Positions 48,754 through 58,155 of a stretch of DNA of 64,000 bases are shown here, in pieces. The notes beneath the pieces are model-generated. The model was not told the DNA's origin. It was given only the letters and a program-made list of their open reading frames with translations, and made no database searches. A program made the position numbers and the translations under genes. Source of the DNA: Opitutia bacterium (GTDB lineage: Bacteria; Verrucomicrobiota; Verrucomicrobiia; Opitutales; T3Sed10-336); assembly GCA_050506795.1 (NCBI GenBank), contig JBJHCF010000010.1, positions 1 to 64,000 of the forward strand. The letters run 5' to 3'. Each line of letters starts with the position of its first letter. Positions within the stretch are counted from its first letter, which is position 1.

Positions 48754-48978
48754 TCACCATACCCATAGGTCCACGTAGAAACTGAATGGATTCCCGGGAA
48801 GACGCTCATCCAACCACTGCAATGGGAAGTAGATGGTTTCCAACACCTGCTGCACTGGCAATGGGAAAGCATCGTAATACCTAGCAGCGGGACCCAGGAG
48901 GAATAGGTATAAAAGTGGAATGGCTAACGCCCATAGGGGCCCTGAGCCGTTCTTTTCGAGCTCGGTGTCAGTTTGCAT
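48754..48978 (-). CDS. Small hypothetical membrane protein
   Basis: 74 aa with one TM helix and aromatic-rich tail (YxPL.WL...YV.LW). Confidence 0.55.
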   Translation of the reverse strand: MQTDTELEKNGSGPLWALAIPLLYLFLLGPAARYYDAFPLPVQQVLETIYFPLQWLDERLPGNPFSFYVDLWVW

Positions 48979-49181
48979 GGTTTCAGATATACATTCCCCA
49001 AGTTACTTCTGCCGAGGCATGTTAAAGCGTTTCCGGAGAGTTTCGACAACTCCAGGCCCGAGGCGAAATTGCGTTCGGCTCAACCGCTTCAAGGCGATGG
49101 AGCAGATCCAGCTCATGAAGGTCCGCCAGACAAGAGAGCGCCGAAGGAGAGCGGAATCGAGTGTCCGGGCACTCTGTCCTG

Positions 49182-50468
49182 TCATGGCATCCGAATCCTG
49201 TAGAACATCCGTTCCTCGTTGACGCTTTTCCCGGTGTCCCAATGTTCCGTCGCTTCGGTCGCTTCCAAAACATCAACCTCTTCCCACGCCGTGAGGCAGG
49301 AGGAACGCTCGATAATGTAAGCTCGATTGGGGATCAAACCGGATAGAACGACCGAGAATTCGCCATCCGTTGATAGATAGGGTTCCGTGGTGGGCAGCGG
49401 CTCCAGCAAAAAAGCCGCTTGCCTACCATCCTTCCGCCCAGTGCCAACAATCTGACCATGATTGTTGATAGCGGCAGCAATCTCCAAAACCCAATGCGAA
49501 TCCGATCTAGTATAATTATTGAGATCGCGAAGCCCGCCCCTAGTTGAATAAAAGAAGGCGCGCTGGAGATGCCGGGGAAAAAACTCGCTAATGGTTTCTT
49601 CTATATCCGCCTGCCCCACGATTTCCCCCCTCTCGTTCAGGTCGTGAGGGACGCTCGCCGGCCCGCCGAGAGTTCCCAGGCCGTAAACCTTGCCGTCAGA
49701 AAACTTGAAGGCCTGGTCGAAACCGTCCGCCCACCGGCGACCAATAATTGTTCCTTTGTTGTTAATTGCGTAAGCAGTCGCCAAGCCGGGTTTGTCCGCC
49801 AGGTCATCAAGCTTCGAAAGACCATTCTCAGGGTCCCAACGAAAGGCACGCCAATTCATGTTCGAACTGGACCAAAACACCCCGATCCCCACATTGTCAT
49901 CATTCAGCCCGTTAAGTGTGGCGGTGCCGTTACCGGTATCGAGGATTTCGATTTCTCCATCAATAAGGACAAAGGCCCGCCTGCCTTCTTCCGTCTGAAG
50001 CCCCCCGCCAAAGTTTCCGAGATTATTGATCGCGGTTTCAAAGGCATGACGGCCTCCGTCGTAGGATGGCGCCAAATCGCGAACTTCGTCTCCCTCCCAG
50101 ACAACTGTTAGGCTGTCGTCATGTGTATCATTGATCGCATAAACCCGGCCAACGATCTGTCCGTGGTCGTTAATTCCCCAGCCATCGGCGCTCCGATAAC
50201 CTTCGGGTTGAGGAAGAACGGTGACCTCTCCGGCCTGCCAGCGAAAGGCCCGGTGCAAATACTCATCCATGTCTTCAGGGTCGTTATCGAAGAGACTACC
50301 GACAATCATGCCGTCATCGTTGATGCCGCGGGGATTCAAGAAGGAATAGCCTTCTGGAGGCAATAGTTCCGTCACGCGATACGTCACCTGAGCGGACGAA
50401 ACCAATGGAGCGAGCAAAACGGACCCAGCAGCACCTGCCAAAAACTTGTATAAATGGAAACATTTCAT
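49182..50468 (-). CDS. Secreted HAF-type extracellular-repeat protein
   Basis: Signal peptide from MKCFHL; repeated A..IN..G.IVG and RAF.W units, LGTLGG. Confidence 0.8.
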   Translation of the reverse strand: MKCFHLYKFLAGAAGSVLLAPLVSSAQVTYRVTELLPPEGYSFLNPRGINDDGMIVGSLFDNDPEDMDEYLHRAFRWQAGEVTVLPQPEGYRSADGWGINDHGQIVGRVYAINDTHDDSLTVVWEGDEVRDLAPSYDGGRHAFETAINNLGNFGGGLQTEEGRRAFVLIDGEIEILDTGNGTATLNGLNDDNVGIGVFWSSSNMNWRAFRWDPENGLSKLDDLADKPGLATAYAINNKGTIIGRRWADGFDQAFKFSDGKVYGLGTLGGPASVPHDLNERGEIVGQADIEETISEFFPRHLQRAFFYSTRGGLRDLNNYTRSDSHWVLEIAAAINNHGQIVGTGRKDGRQAAFLLEPLPTTEPYLSTDGEFSVVLSGLIPNRAYIIERSSCLTAWEEVDVLEATEATEHWDTGKSVNEERMFYRIRMP

Positions 50469-50948
50469 ACTCGGAAAAGGTAATTGATTGATAAGAAATC
50501 GTTTTTCAGGCGGCGCGGGCCCCCCCGCGCTGGAACCGGTCTTAAGGGGCGCTTTAATGGAGAAGATCCATCGGAAAGCGGACGGAAATGTCAAGCCCTC
50601 CAATCCGGCTCCAGCAAACTGGAAGAGGTCTTGTGCTCTTGATGCGCCCCCCTTCCAAGGCCCTGGAAATCCGCTTCTACCCGGTGGTGGGCTACATGGG
50701 TTCAACAGGGACGGTCAATGGGGAGGGGAAAGGGAGTCAGTCCAATTTCTCATGGTTTTGGACTCTGATGACAACTGCGGTCTTCCCTTCCAACACCGAC
50801 GCCAATACGTCACAGACAGGAATGTCTGCGTCACGGGTTTCGGTTGGGCGAACCAGGAAGCAGACCGAGCCGCCGTTTTCCTGCTCCGCCATGAATTTTC
50901 CCGGATCCACAAGGGATCCGCGTCTTCCAAAGGCCGTTCCGACGGCCA

Positions 50949-51089
50949 CTATTCACTGCGAGCGGGACGGAAGCCCACATCGTTGAGGCGGAAGCCCGGG
51001 TGGAGGATGAGGCTGTACGCCAAGCGGCAGGTGCTGGCGTTGCCGTTCCAACCGCCTCCCCGGAACCCCCGGTCCGAGCCCGAAGCAGC
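50949..51089 (-). pseudogene. Orphan C-terminal fragment of an FGE-sulfatase/C-type-lectin protein (DGR variable-region-like)
   Basis: Manual translation AASGSDRGFRGGGWNGNASTCRLAYSLILHPGFRLNDVGFRPARSE*; in-frame stop just upstream. Confidence 0.75.
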
Positions 51090-51135
51090 CCAAGGGGCAC
51101 TGCATGATTGATTCTTAAGTCACTGACTATCAGTA

Positions 51136-51222
51136 TGGTGCCCGGAGCCGGGGTCGAACCGGCACTCCCTTGCGGGAACCAGATTTTGAGTCTGGCGCGT
51201 CTGCCAATTCCGCCATCCGGGC
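51136..51222 (-). tRNA. tRNA-Leu (CAA)
   Basis: GCCCGGA acceptor stem, anticodon arm CCAGA-CTCAAAA-TCTGG, long variable arm, GGTTCGA, encoded CCA. Confidence 0.95.
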
Positions 51223-51344
51223 ATTGAATCAACAGCAAGTCGATAACGTGCCGCGATTCTTTGTGGGAAGTCAACCCATAAAGGGTCGTGAAAAGTCCGC
51301 GATAGGCTTGCCTCGCGGGCCGGGCTCTGGCTTAGAAGGGAGTC

Positions 51345-52109
51345 GTGCCGGATTATCGCAGCTATTGTCCGCCGGGGTCGGTTCGGGATGGGGTCGTTTC
51401 GCTGGACGCCGGGGAATCGCACCACCTGGTCCGGGTGAACCGGGCGCGCCGGGGCGATCCTGTGGTGGTCTTCGACGGACGCGGCAACGAGTTCGATTGC
51501 GTGTTGGCCAGGGACCACGGCGCGGCGGCGATCCTGGAGGTTGGCGAACAGCGGAGGATCGCTCCCCTGCCCTACGCGCTGACCCTGGCCCAGGCGGTGC
51601 CCAAGGGAAAAATGTTCGATAATATCGTGCGCCACGCCACCGAAATCGGGGCGTCCCGTATTGTGCCGGTGGTGACGGATCGCACGGAGGTGCGCCTGGA
51701 CCCCCAGCGTTCTCCCAAAAAGGAAGAGAAGTGGCGTACCGCCGCCCTGGAGGCGGCCAAACAGTGCGGCACGCCGTTCATTCCGGAAATCAGCTCCACC
51801 ACCGGCCTGGACCGCCTGCTGGAGGCGGAAGACAAGTACGATTTGAAGCTGGTGGCCGGCCTGGTGCCGGAGGCGGGCAGCCTGGCCGGGTTTCTGCCCC
51901 TCGAAATCCAGGGAACTCCGGAAGCGCCTTTTCGGGTGCTTTGGCTGGTCGGTCCCGAAGGCGATTTCAGTCCGGAGGAAATCGCCGCCGCCCGGGCACA
52001 CGGCTTTTCCTTTGTCACCTTGGGACCCTACGTCCTGCGCTGCGAAACAGCCGCCCTGTACGCGTTGAGTATCACCGCCTACGAATTGGGCCGACGGCTG
52101 ACGGGGTAG
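51345..52109 (+). CDS. rsmE: 16S rRNA m3U1498 methyltransferase
   Basis: HHLVRV.R, ATEIG, EAAKQC, VGPEGDFS, LGPYVLRCETA. Confidence 0.92.
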   Translation: MPDYRSYCPPGSVRDGVVSLDAGESHHLVRVNRARRGDPVVVFDGRGNEFDCVLARDHGAAAILEVGEQRRIAPLPYALTLAQAVPKGKMFDNIVRHATEIGASRIVPVVTDRTEVRLDPQRSPKKEEKWRTAALEAAKQCGTPFIPEISSTTGLDRLLEAEDKYDLKLVAGLVPEAGSLAGFLPLEIQGTPEAPFRVLWLVGPEGDFSPEEIAAARAHGFSFVTLGPYVLRCETAALYALSITAYELGRRLTG

Positions 52110-52155
52110 GCGCCTCGTCGTTTCTTAAATCCACATCGGGATCGCGTTTCCACCT

Positions 52156-52212
52156 CGTGGAGGGAGGCGCTCCCGCGCCGGCGGCCATGCTGGCAGGATG
52201 CCCGCGCTCGAG
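52156..52212 (-). repeat. Partial inverted copy of the composite REP element
   Basis: tggagggaggcgctcccgcgccg ... gcaggatgcccgcgctc. Confidence 0.7.
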
Positions 52213-52471
52213 TGCCCGGCACGAGCATGAACTAATCACAGGAAAAAAATGATAGGAAAAAGTGGCAACAACCGTAGTAAAAAACAAAGCGCGGGTTCCG
52301 ACAGAGTCTCCGATTTAAGCTGAATTTTTCAGATATTGAGCAGCCAGGCGAAGAGCACGGCGGCGAGCAAAAACAAGAGGCCCAATCCGAGGGCGACACA
52401 GGTGGCTATGGTGTGATGCATGAGTGTGTATTGTCACTGGTTTCTGAGAAATAAAATCTGCCCGCCACGCA

Positions 52472-53824
52472 CTAAACCATATCGAAGCGTTCATCCCGTT
52501 GCTGGCTTTTCGGAATACCCAGGGAACGTAGCGATTCATTTAGCGAGGCCGCCATGGCGACCGGGCCGCAGACCATATAATCGAAACTGCGCAGTGTTCT
52601 CTTTGGTAGATGGCGGGTGATGACATCGGTGCGCAGCAGGCCTTTCTCGCCGTCCCAATCATCGGGCGGGCACTCAAGGACATAAACGACCCGGAGGTTG
52701 ATTTCTTTGGCCAGCATCTCCAGTTCCTGCCGGAACGGCATTTTTTCAATTGTCTTGGCGGCGTAGAAGAGGTGGAAGGGATGGGGAGAACCACTGGCTT
52801 TCAGCCACCGGAGCATGGACATCGCCAGGGTGATTCCAATTCCACCGGCGAGAAAAACTGAAGCGGGTGCCGTCTTTTCCCGCAGGGTCAAATGTCCGTA
52901 GGGGCCTTCCAAAAAAGCCGTCGTGCCCTTTGGTATATCAGCGATGTTCGAAGTGAAGTCACCCATTTTCTTGATGGTGAACTCCAGCCTGACGGGATTG
53001 GATGGTGAAGATGCAATGGTGAAGGGGTTTTGCTGCAGTTGGAAAGGACTTCGACCGATTGTCATCCAGGCATATTGACCGGCTTTGAAATCAAAACCGT
53101 CATGGCCAAGCGCTTCCAGTTCCAGCGTCCAAATCGATTCTGCCTCGGGTCGAACTTCAACCACTTGCCATGGTTTGCGCGAGGCCACAAGGGGTTTGAG
53201 TAAGCGGACATGAAAGAGCCACCAGAACGCCATCAGTGCAATCGTGACCCAGACGGCGGTCTTGAGAAAGGAGTGGGTGAAGTGTCCCACCATGATCAAG
53301 TGTGCGAGGGCTATAAGTACGACCAGAGACGCCATGGCAGTGTGGATGAGTCGCCAGTACTCGTAGCTCAATCCCAGTTTATTTCGCCAGATCGAGCTTA
53401 CGATGAGAACCGCCATAGCCAAAAGGAGCGCGATCAGGGCGAAGGCCCTGGGCGCATTGACTCTCGGGTCGAAAAAGCCGAGGTAGGCGGGGTCCGCGAC
53501 GATCACGATGAGCACGTGGCTAAATACGAGAACCGCGGCAATTTGGCCGATTTGGCGATGGAAGTGCAATAGGGTATCTACACCGAAGGGCTTACCCACG
53601 CGCGGAAAGCGGCCCGTGGTGATAAACTGAAAGCAAAGTACGGCAAAGGCCGTAAACCCTAGAATCGCACCAAAATCTACCCAGAAGCCCCTCCCGGGCG
53701 GCACTTCACCCAGTAACATTAACCCGGTCGGCACCAGCACAGCGAGGGCGAAAACACTGATCCAGAGTATGGTTTTCCAAGCAGTGAGAGTTACTTTCAG
53801 CATCTCAGGAAGCATTCGAAGCAT
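52472..53824 (-). CDS. Ferric-reductase-like transmembrane FAD/NAD(P)H oxidoreductase
   Basis: TM domain with His pairs (FHR, SHV, LIH, LAH), NPFTIAS, EGPYG, AGGIGIT, CGP, ERF; start uncertain. Confidence 0.85.
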   Translation of the reverse strand: MLRMLPEMLKVTLTAWKTILWISVFALAVLVPTGLMLLGEVPPGRGFWVDFGAILGFTAFAVLCFQFITTGRFPRVGKPFGVDTLLHFHRQIGQIAAVLVFSHVLIVIVADPAYLGFFDPRVNAPRAFALIALLLAMAVLIVSSIWRNKLGLSYEYWRLIHTAMASLVVLIALAHLIMVGHFTHSFLKTAVWVTIALMAFWWLFHVRLLKPLVASRKPWQVVEVRPEAESIWTLELEALGHDGFDFKAGQYAWMTIGRSPFQLQQNPFTIASSPSNPVRLEFTIKKMGDFTSNIADIPKGTTAFLEGPYGHLTLREKTAPASVFLAGGIGITLAMSMLRWLKASGSPHPFHLFYAAKTIEKMPFRQELEMLAKEINLRVVYVLECPPDDWDGEKGLLRTDVITRHLPKRTLRSFDYMVCGPVAMAASLNESLRSLGIPKSQQRDERFDMV

Positions 53825-53980
53825 TCGCTCAATTGGAAAAGCACTGAGAAATCCTCTTCCGTTGAGTCATCACAAACAAAGGCTTCCAAGGCGAGCCAAG
53901 ACAGTACTGAATAAACTTATTCCGCTCAAGTGCTTTGTTTACGAAACGATTCGATTGGCCGTAATCAAGGAGCAAGAATC

Positions 53981-54129
53981 CTTCATGGAGCACCACGGGT
54001 ATATCCTGCCGTGGACCTTGGCAGAGGCACCCCCATGACCTCCGCCGGGTTCAACCGTCGGATGTGGAGGACCGCATATCCGGTGGTGTGGAAGGGCTGC
54101 GGGGCGCAATCCCCGCAGCCCAATCCGAT
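53981..54129 (+). mobile_element. 3' remnant of a class C group II intron (IEP tail, domains V and VI)
   Basis: aaccgtcggatgtggaggaccgcatatccggtggt (DV), gggctgcggggcgcaatccccgcagcccaatccgat (DVI, bulged A, AT end); preceded by ...HGYILPWTLA* tail. Confidence 0.8.
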
Positions 54130-54222
54130 CAGCAGACAGGAACTCCTGGCGGGCGGCAAGATCGACCACCTTGATCTTTTCGCCCTGTTCACGGGCTTCT
54201 CTTTTGCTTAGGGTCTTCTGTC

Positions 54223-55614
54223 ATGAGCCATGAATACGACTTTATCGTGATCGGCGGAGGGAGTGCCGGTTACAACGCGGCGCGGAAGGCGCTGGAATTC
54301 ACCGAGAGCGTCGCGGTGGTGGACGGCGCACAGGAACTGGGCGGGCTGTGTATCCTGCGCGGCTGTATGCCGTCCAAGACTTTGATCTATACGGCGGAGA
54401 TCCTGCACCACGCCCGGCACGGGGATTGCTTCGGGCTGGATATTCCCGATGCCCGGGCCGACATGAAACGGGTAGCGGCGCGCAAGCGGGAAATCATCGC
54501 CGACTTCGCTTCCTACCGCCGGGAGGGACTGACCTCCGGGAAATTCGATCTGCACCGGGGCAACGCGCGGTTCCGGGATGCTCATTCCATCGAACTCGAC
54601 GACGGCACGGTTCTGCGCGGCAAAAAATTTCTCATCAGCACCGGCTCACAGGTCGATCTGCCGCCGGTGCCGGGCCTGGATACGGCTTCGCTTTGGACCA
54701 GCGACGACGTGCTCGACCTGGATTTTCTGCCGGAGTCGGTCATCGTTCTGGGCGGCGGCATCGTCGCCTGCGAACTGGCGCAATACTTGCAGCGCATGGG
54801 AAGCCGGGTCATTCAGATCCAACGCAGTCCCCACATCCTCAAGGAACTCCCGGTCGACGCCGCAAAGGTTGTCGAGACCGCATTCCGCGACGAAGGTATC
54901 GAGTTGTTCACCGGGACCCAGATTAAGAGCATTGTTCGGAAGGAGGGGGAAATCGAAGTCACCTTCATGCACGAAGGCCGGGAAATCACCCGCCAGGCCG
55001 CGCACGGGCTCAACGCTCTTGGTCGTCGCGCCAACACCGGCACCCTCAACCTGGAAGCAGCCGGGGTCGCCCTGAAGAAGAACGGTCAGATCGAAACGGA
55101 TACGTTCCAGCGCACCAGCAATCCCGACATCTACGCCGCCGGCGACTGCGCCGGCCCCTATGAAATCGTTCACATCGCCATCCAGCAGGGAGAGATCGCT
55201 GCACAGCACGCCCTGGGGAAAACGGTAGCGCCGGTGGATTACAATCAACTGCTCCTGGTCCTTTTCACCGACCCCCAGATCGCGGTGGCCGGGCGATCCG
55301 AACAGGCGTTGCGCGACGCCGGAGAGGACATTGTTTCCGCATCCTTCCCGTTCGACGACCACGGCAAATCCATTCTCATGGAAGCCAAGTATGGTTATGT
55401 GAAAGTGATCGCGTCCCGCTCGGACGGCAGGATCCTGGGAGCCGAAATCGTGGGCAAGGATGCCGGCGAACTGATCCACTCGCTCTCCACCGCCATCGCC
55501 CTGCGCGCCACGGTGCACGATCTGCTGAAAGCGCCCTGGTACCACCCGACGCTTTCGGAAATCATCACCTACCCGCTGGAGGATATCGCGGAGGAATTGT
55601 TGGCCGGACGATAG
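54223..55614 (+). CDS. Pyridine nucleotide-disulfide oxidoreductase (dihydrolipoyl dehydrogenase-like)
   Basis: IGGGSAG, GGLCILRGCMPSK, YAAGD, YHPTLSE. Confidence 0.9.
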   Translation: MSHEYDFIVIGGGSAGYNAARKALEFTESVAVVDGAQELGGLCILRGCMPSKTLIYTAEILHHARHGDCFGLDIPDARADMKRVAARKREIIADFASYRREGLTSGKFDLHRGNARFRDAHSIELDDGTVLRGKKFLISTGSQVDLPPVPGLDTASLWTSDDVLDLDFLPESVIVLGGGIVACELAQYLQRMGSRVIQIQRSPHILKELPVDAAKVVETAFRDEGIELFTGTQIKSIVRKEGEIEVTFMHEGREITRQAAHGLNALGRRANTGTLNLEAAGVALKKNGQIETDTFQRTSNPDIYAAGDCAGPYEIVHIAIQQGEIAAQHALGKTVAPVDYNQLLLVLFTDPQIAVAGRSEQALRDAGEDIVSASFPFDDHGKSILMEAKYGYVKVIASRSDGRILGAEIVGKDAGELIHSLSTAIALRATVHDLLKAPWYHPTLSEIITYPLEDIAEELLAGR

Positions 55615-56261
55615 AACAGCACCACCGTTCGCCCGGCGCGTTCCCAATCCCATCCATACCGCCGAGCCAGCCAGGCAAAGGTCGATTCGCGGAAAAAGCT
55701 GACGTGGGTGGGATCGTGGCGGTACCACCAGGAGGAAAAGTCGCCCTCCGGCGGAAAGATTTCGGTCATAATGCCCAGCCATCCTCCCGGTTTCAGCAGG
55801 CCGGCCAACCGGTCGAACTCCCGGGACGGACGGTGGAAATGCTCCACCGTTTCGGTACAGGTGACAAAATCATAGTCCCGTTCAAGCACCCGGGTATCGG
55901 GGGCAAAAAAAGGATCGTAGGTGGCGGTGGGAAACCCGACCTCCTCCAGCATCAAGGACAATGTCGGCCCGGGTCCCGAACCGTAGTCGAGCCCCTCCAT
56001 GCCGGGCTTCAGTTTTTCGCGTAGCGGCGAGAAGAGCCGGTTAAGAAAATCGCGGTAACGCGGATCGGTGGGATCGTTCTCATGGGTCTCGTAATGCACC
56101 CGCTCGGCCTCGCGATCCGGACGACGTCCCGGATGCAGAAAGATCAACCCGCAGCCCGAACAATCGAGGTAGTCGGCCACAGCGGGAGTCGGCACCACCG
56201 CCGCCCCCTTAGCCCCGCACAAGGGGCAAGGGATTTCACCTGCGTCACCTACAATTCGCAT
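55569..56261 (-). CDS. Class I SAM-dependent methyltransferase with N-terminal zinc ribbon
   Basis: CPLC...CSGC, LDYGSGPGP, YDPFF, ETVEHF, WWY..DPTHV. Confidence 0.85.
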   Translation of the reverse strand: MRIVGDAGEIPCPLCGAKGAAVVPTPAVADYLDCSGCGLIFLHPGRRPDREAERVHYETHENDPTDPRYRDFLNRLFSPLREKLKPGMEGLDYGSGPGPTLSLMLEEVGFPTATYDPFFAPDTRVLERDYDFVTCTETVEHFHRPSREFDRLAGLLKPGGWLGIMTEIFPPEGDFSSWWYRHDPTHVSFFRESTFAWLARRYGWDWERAGRTVVLFYRPANNSSAISSSG

Positions 56262-56349
56262 ATCCGGACGTTAGCAGACCGGCGCCACTCAATACCAACC
56301 GGAAAAACCGACCGTCGGTCTCGTATAATTTGCGGGTAATGTATTGGAG

Positions 56350-56607
56350 GAGCGCGAACTCGATTCGGCTTGTCAAACGATGAACCTGCTTAACCGAGAC
56401 GTTCCCCGTAGGTCCGTGCTTCAGCCGGACACAACCGGGGACACAAGTCCCCGGAACACTGGATTCTTAACCACGAAGTACACGAAATACACGAAGTGGC
56501 TCAACCGAATCGCATCGACCTGGGAGCGCGGGCATCCTGCCCGCACCGGCGGCGCGGGAGCGCCGCCCTCCAGGAAGGAGGATGCGCGAACTCGATTCGC
56601 ATTCGGA
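56350..56607 (+). repeat. Repeat cluster: composite REP element tail, accacgaa unit, composite element copy 3
   Basis: 56373-56398 matches 21071-21096; 56516-56576 matches 20977-21037; 56469-56499 matches the 42542-42572 type. Confidence 0.8.
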
Positions 56608-58143
56608 CTACAGTCTTGCCAGCCAGGTGCTGAGCGGACCCTGGAAAAAACCGATCAGGACGGTGAGCACCGCCAGGGAGGTGAGCACCCAGCAACTGAG
56701 CAGGCTGACCTGCGGAAAGGCGCGGGCCTGGTCGGAGGCATCCTGTCCGGCGGAGGGGATTTCCCAGTTGCGGAAGACGGCGGCCTTGATCCAGCCGAAA
56801 TAATAATAGATGGAGAGCACCACCCCGACCAGCGAAACCCCGAGAAGCCAATAAAGTCCGGCCTGAAACGCCGCGACGAAAATCAGAAGTTTACCTATGA
56901 AACCGGCCAGCGGCGGAATGCCGGCCAGCGACCCGAGGCCGACCACCAGGACTCCCCCCAGCAGGGGACGCTCCCGGGCGAGGTTGAGGTAGTCCTCGAT
57001 TTCATCGCCGTGACCGTCCTCCTTCGAAAGGTGAGCCATCACTCCGAAAACCGCGAAGGACGCCAGCAGGTAGGTGAACAGATAAAACAGCACCGCCCCG
57101 ATGGCCCACGGCACGTAAAGCGAGGCAATCACTCCCACCAGCAGGTAACCCGCATGGGCGATGCCCGAGAGACCCATGAGTCGCTTGACGTTGCGCTGGG
57201 TGAGCGCGGTGATGTTGCCGAACAAAATCGTGAGGGTGGCAAGGAGGGTCAGCACCGGCACCAAAAGGTTTTCCATCGGTGCGAACACCCGCATGACCAG
57301 GGTCAGCAGCACGGCGAAGCCGGCCGCCTTGGACGCCACCGCCAGAAACGCGGTCACGGGGGTCGATGCGCCCTGGTAAACGTCGGGCACCCAGATTTGA
57401 AAGGGGAAGGCGGCGATTTTGAACGACATTCCCGCCAGCACCAGGATCATGCCGATGGCGGCCAGGCCGCTTTCCGGGTGGTTCAGCAGGAAGGCGTTGA
57501 GCGCGCCGAAATTCATGGAATCCGCGGAACCCCCGACCATGAGCGGATTGCCGGCCACTCCGTAAAGGAGCGCGATGCCGAAAAGCAGGATCGCCGAACT
57601 GAGCGCACTGAGCACCAGGTACTTCAACCCCGCTTCCAGCGAGATGGCCTGGTGCCGGAAATAGCTGATCAGGACGTAGAACCCGACCGTCACCGTTTCC
57701 AGCGCCACGAACAGCATCACGAAGTGATTGCTCTGGGCCAGCAGCATGAGCGCCGCCGTCACCACCAGCGTGATGTGATAAAACTCCACTCGCGGCACCG
57801 GCTTTCCCGCCAGGCTGATGCCCGCCAGGTAGCAGACCAGCAGCGAACTCAGGAGAAAGAACAGACGCATGGCCTGTCCCGACCCGTCGTGGTACAACAT
57901 GCCGGCAAAAGTTTCCTGGCCGAGGAAACCGCCCCCGCTCCGGTAAAACAGGAGCATCCAAGCCAGCAAAAAGACCTGTCCGAAGACCGCCACCCGCGGA
58001 ATCAGCGTCACCCGATGCTTCGGGAAAAGGATTTCCAGCACCAGGAGCGCCAGGGCCAGCACCGCCAGGGTGATTTCCGGCAGAATGGCGCTCCACTGGT
58101 TCGAAGCGGCGATTTCCTTAAACTGGAGCAATTGATCGTTCAT
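56608..58143 (-). CDS. nuoN: NADH-quinone oxidoreductase subunit N
   Basis: EAGLKY, FKIAAFPFQIWVPDVYQGA, SLAGIPPLAGFIGK. Confidence 0.95.
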   Translation of the reverse strand: MNDQLLQFKEIAASNQWSAILPEITLAVLALALLVLEILFPKHRVTLIPRVAVFGQVFLLAWMLLFYRSGGGFLGQETFAGMLYHDGSGQAMRLFFLLSSLLVCYLAGISLAGKPVPRVEFYHITLVVTAALMLLAQSNHFVMLFVALETVTVGFYVLISYFRHQAISLEAGLKYLVLSALSSAILLFGIALLYGVAGNPLMVGGSADSMNFGALNAFLLNHPESGLAAIGMILVLAGMSFKIAAFPFQIWVPDVYQGASTPVTAFLAVASKAAGFAVLLTLVMRVFAPMENLLVPVLTLLATLTILFGNITALTQRNVKRLMGLSGIAHAGYLLVGVIASLYVPWAIGAVLFYLFTYLLASFAVFGVMAHLSKEDGHGDEIEDYLNLARERPLLGGVLVVGLGSLAGIPPLAGFIGKLLIFVAAFQAGLYWLLGVSLVGVVLSIYYYFGWIKAAVFRNWEIPSAGQDASDQARAFPQVSLLSCWVLTSLAVLTVLIGFFQGPLSTWLARL

Positions 58144-58155
58144 CACACAATAGTC

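Noticed and set aside
48990..49180. Possible transposase remnant in the islet
   Set aside because: No recognisable motif in any frame that I could identify.
54223..55614. Mercuric reductase merA
   Set aside because: Lacks the C-terminal Cys-Cys pair and the N-terminal metal-binding domain; ends in HPTLSE; no mer genes nearby.
55569..55614. 46-bp convergent gene overlap as a regulatory feature
   Set aside because: Short 3'-3' overlaps are common in GC-rich genomes; nothing else supports a function.
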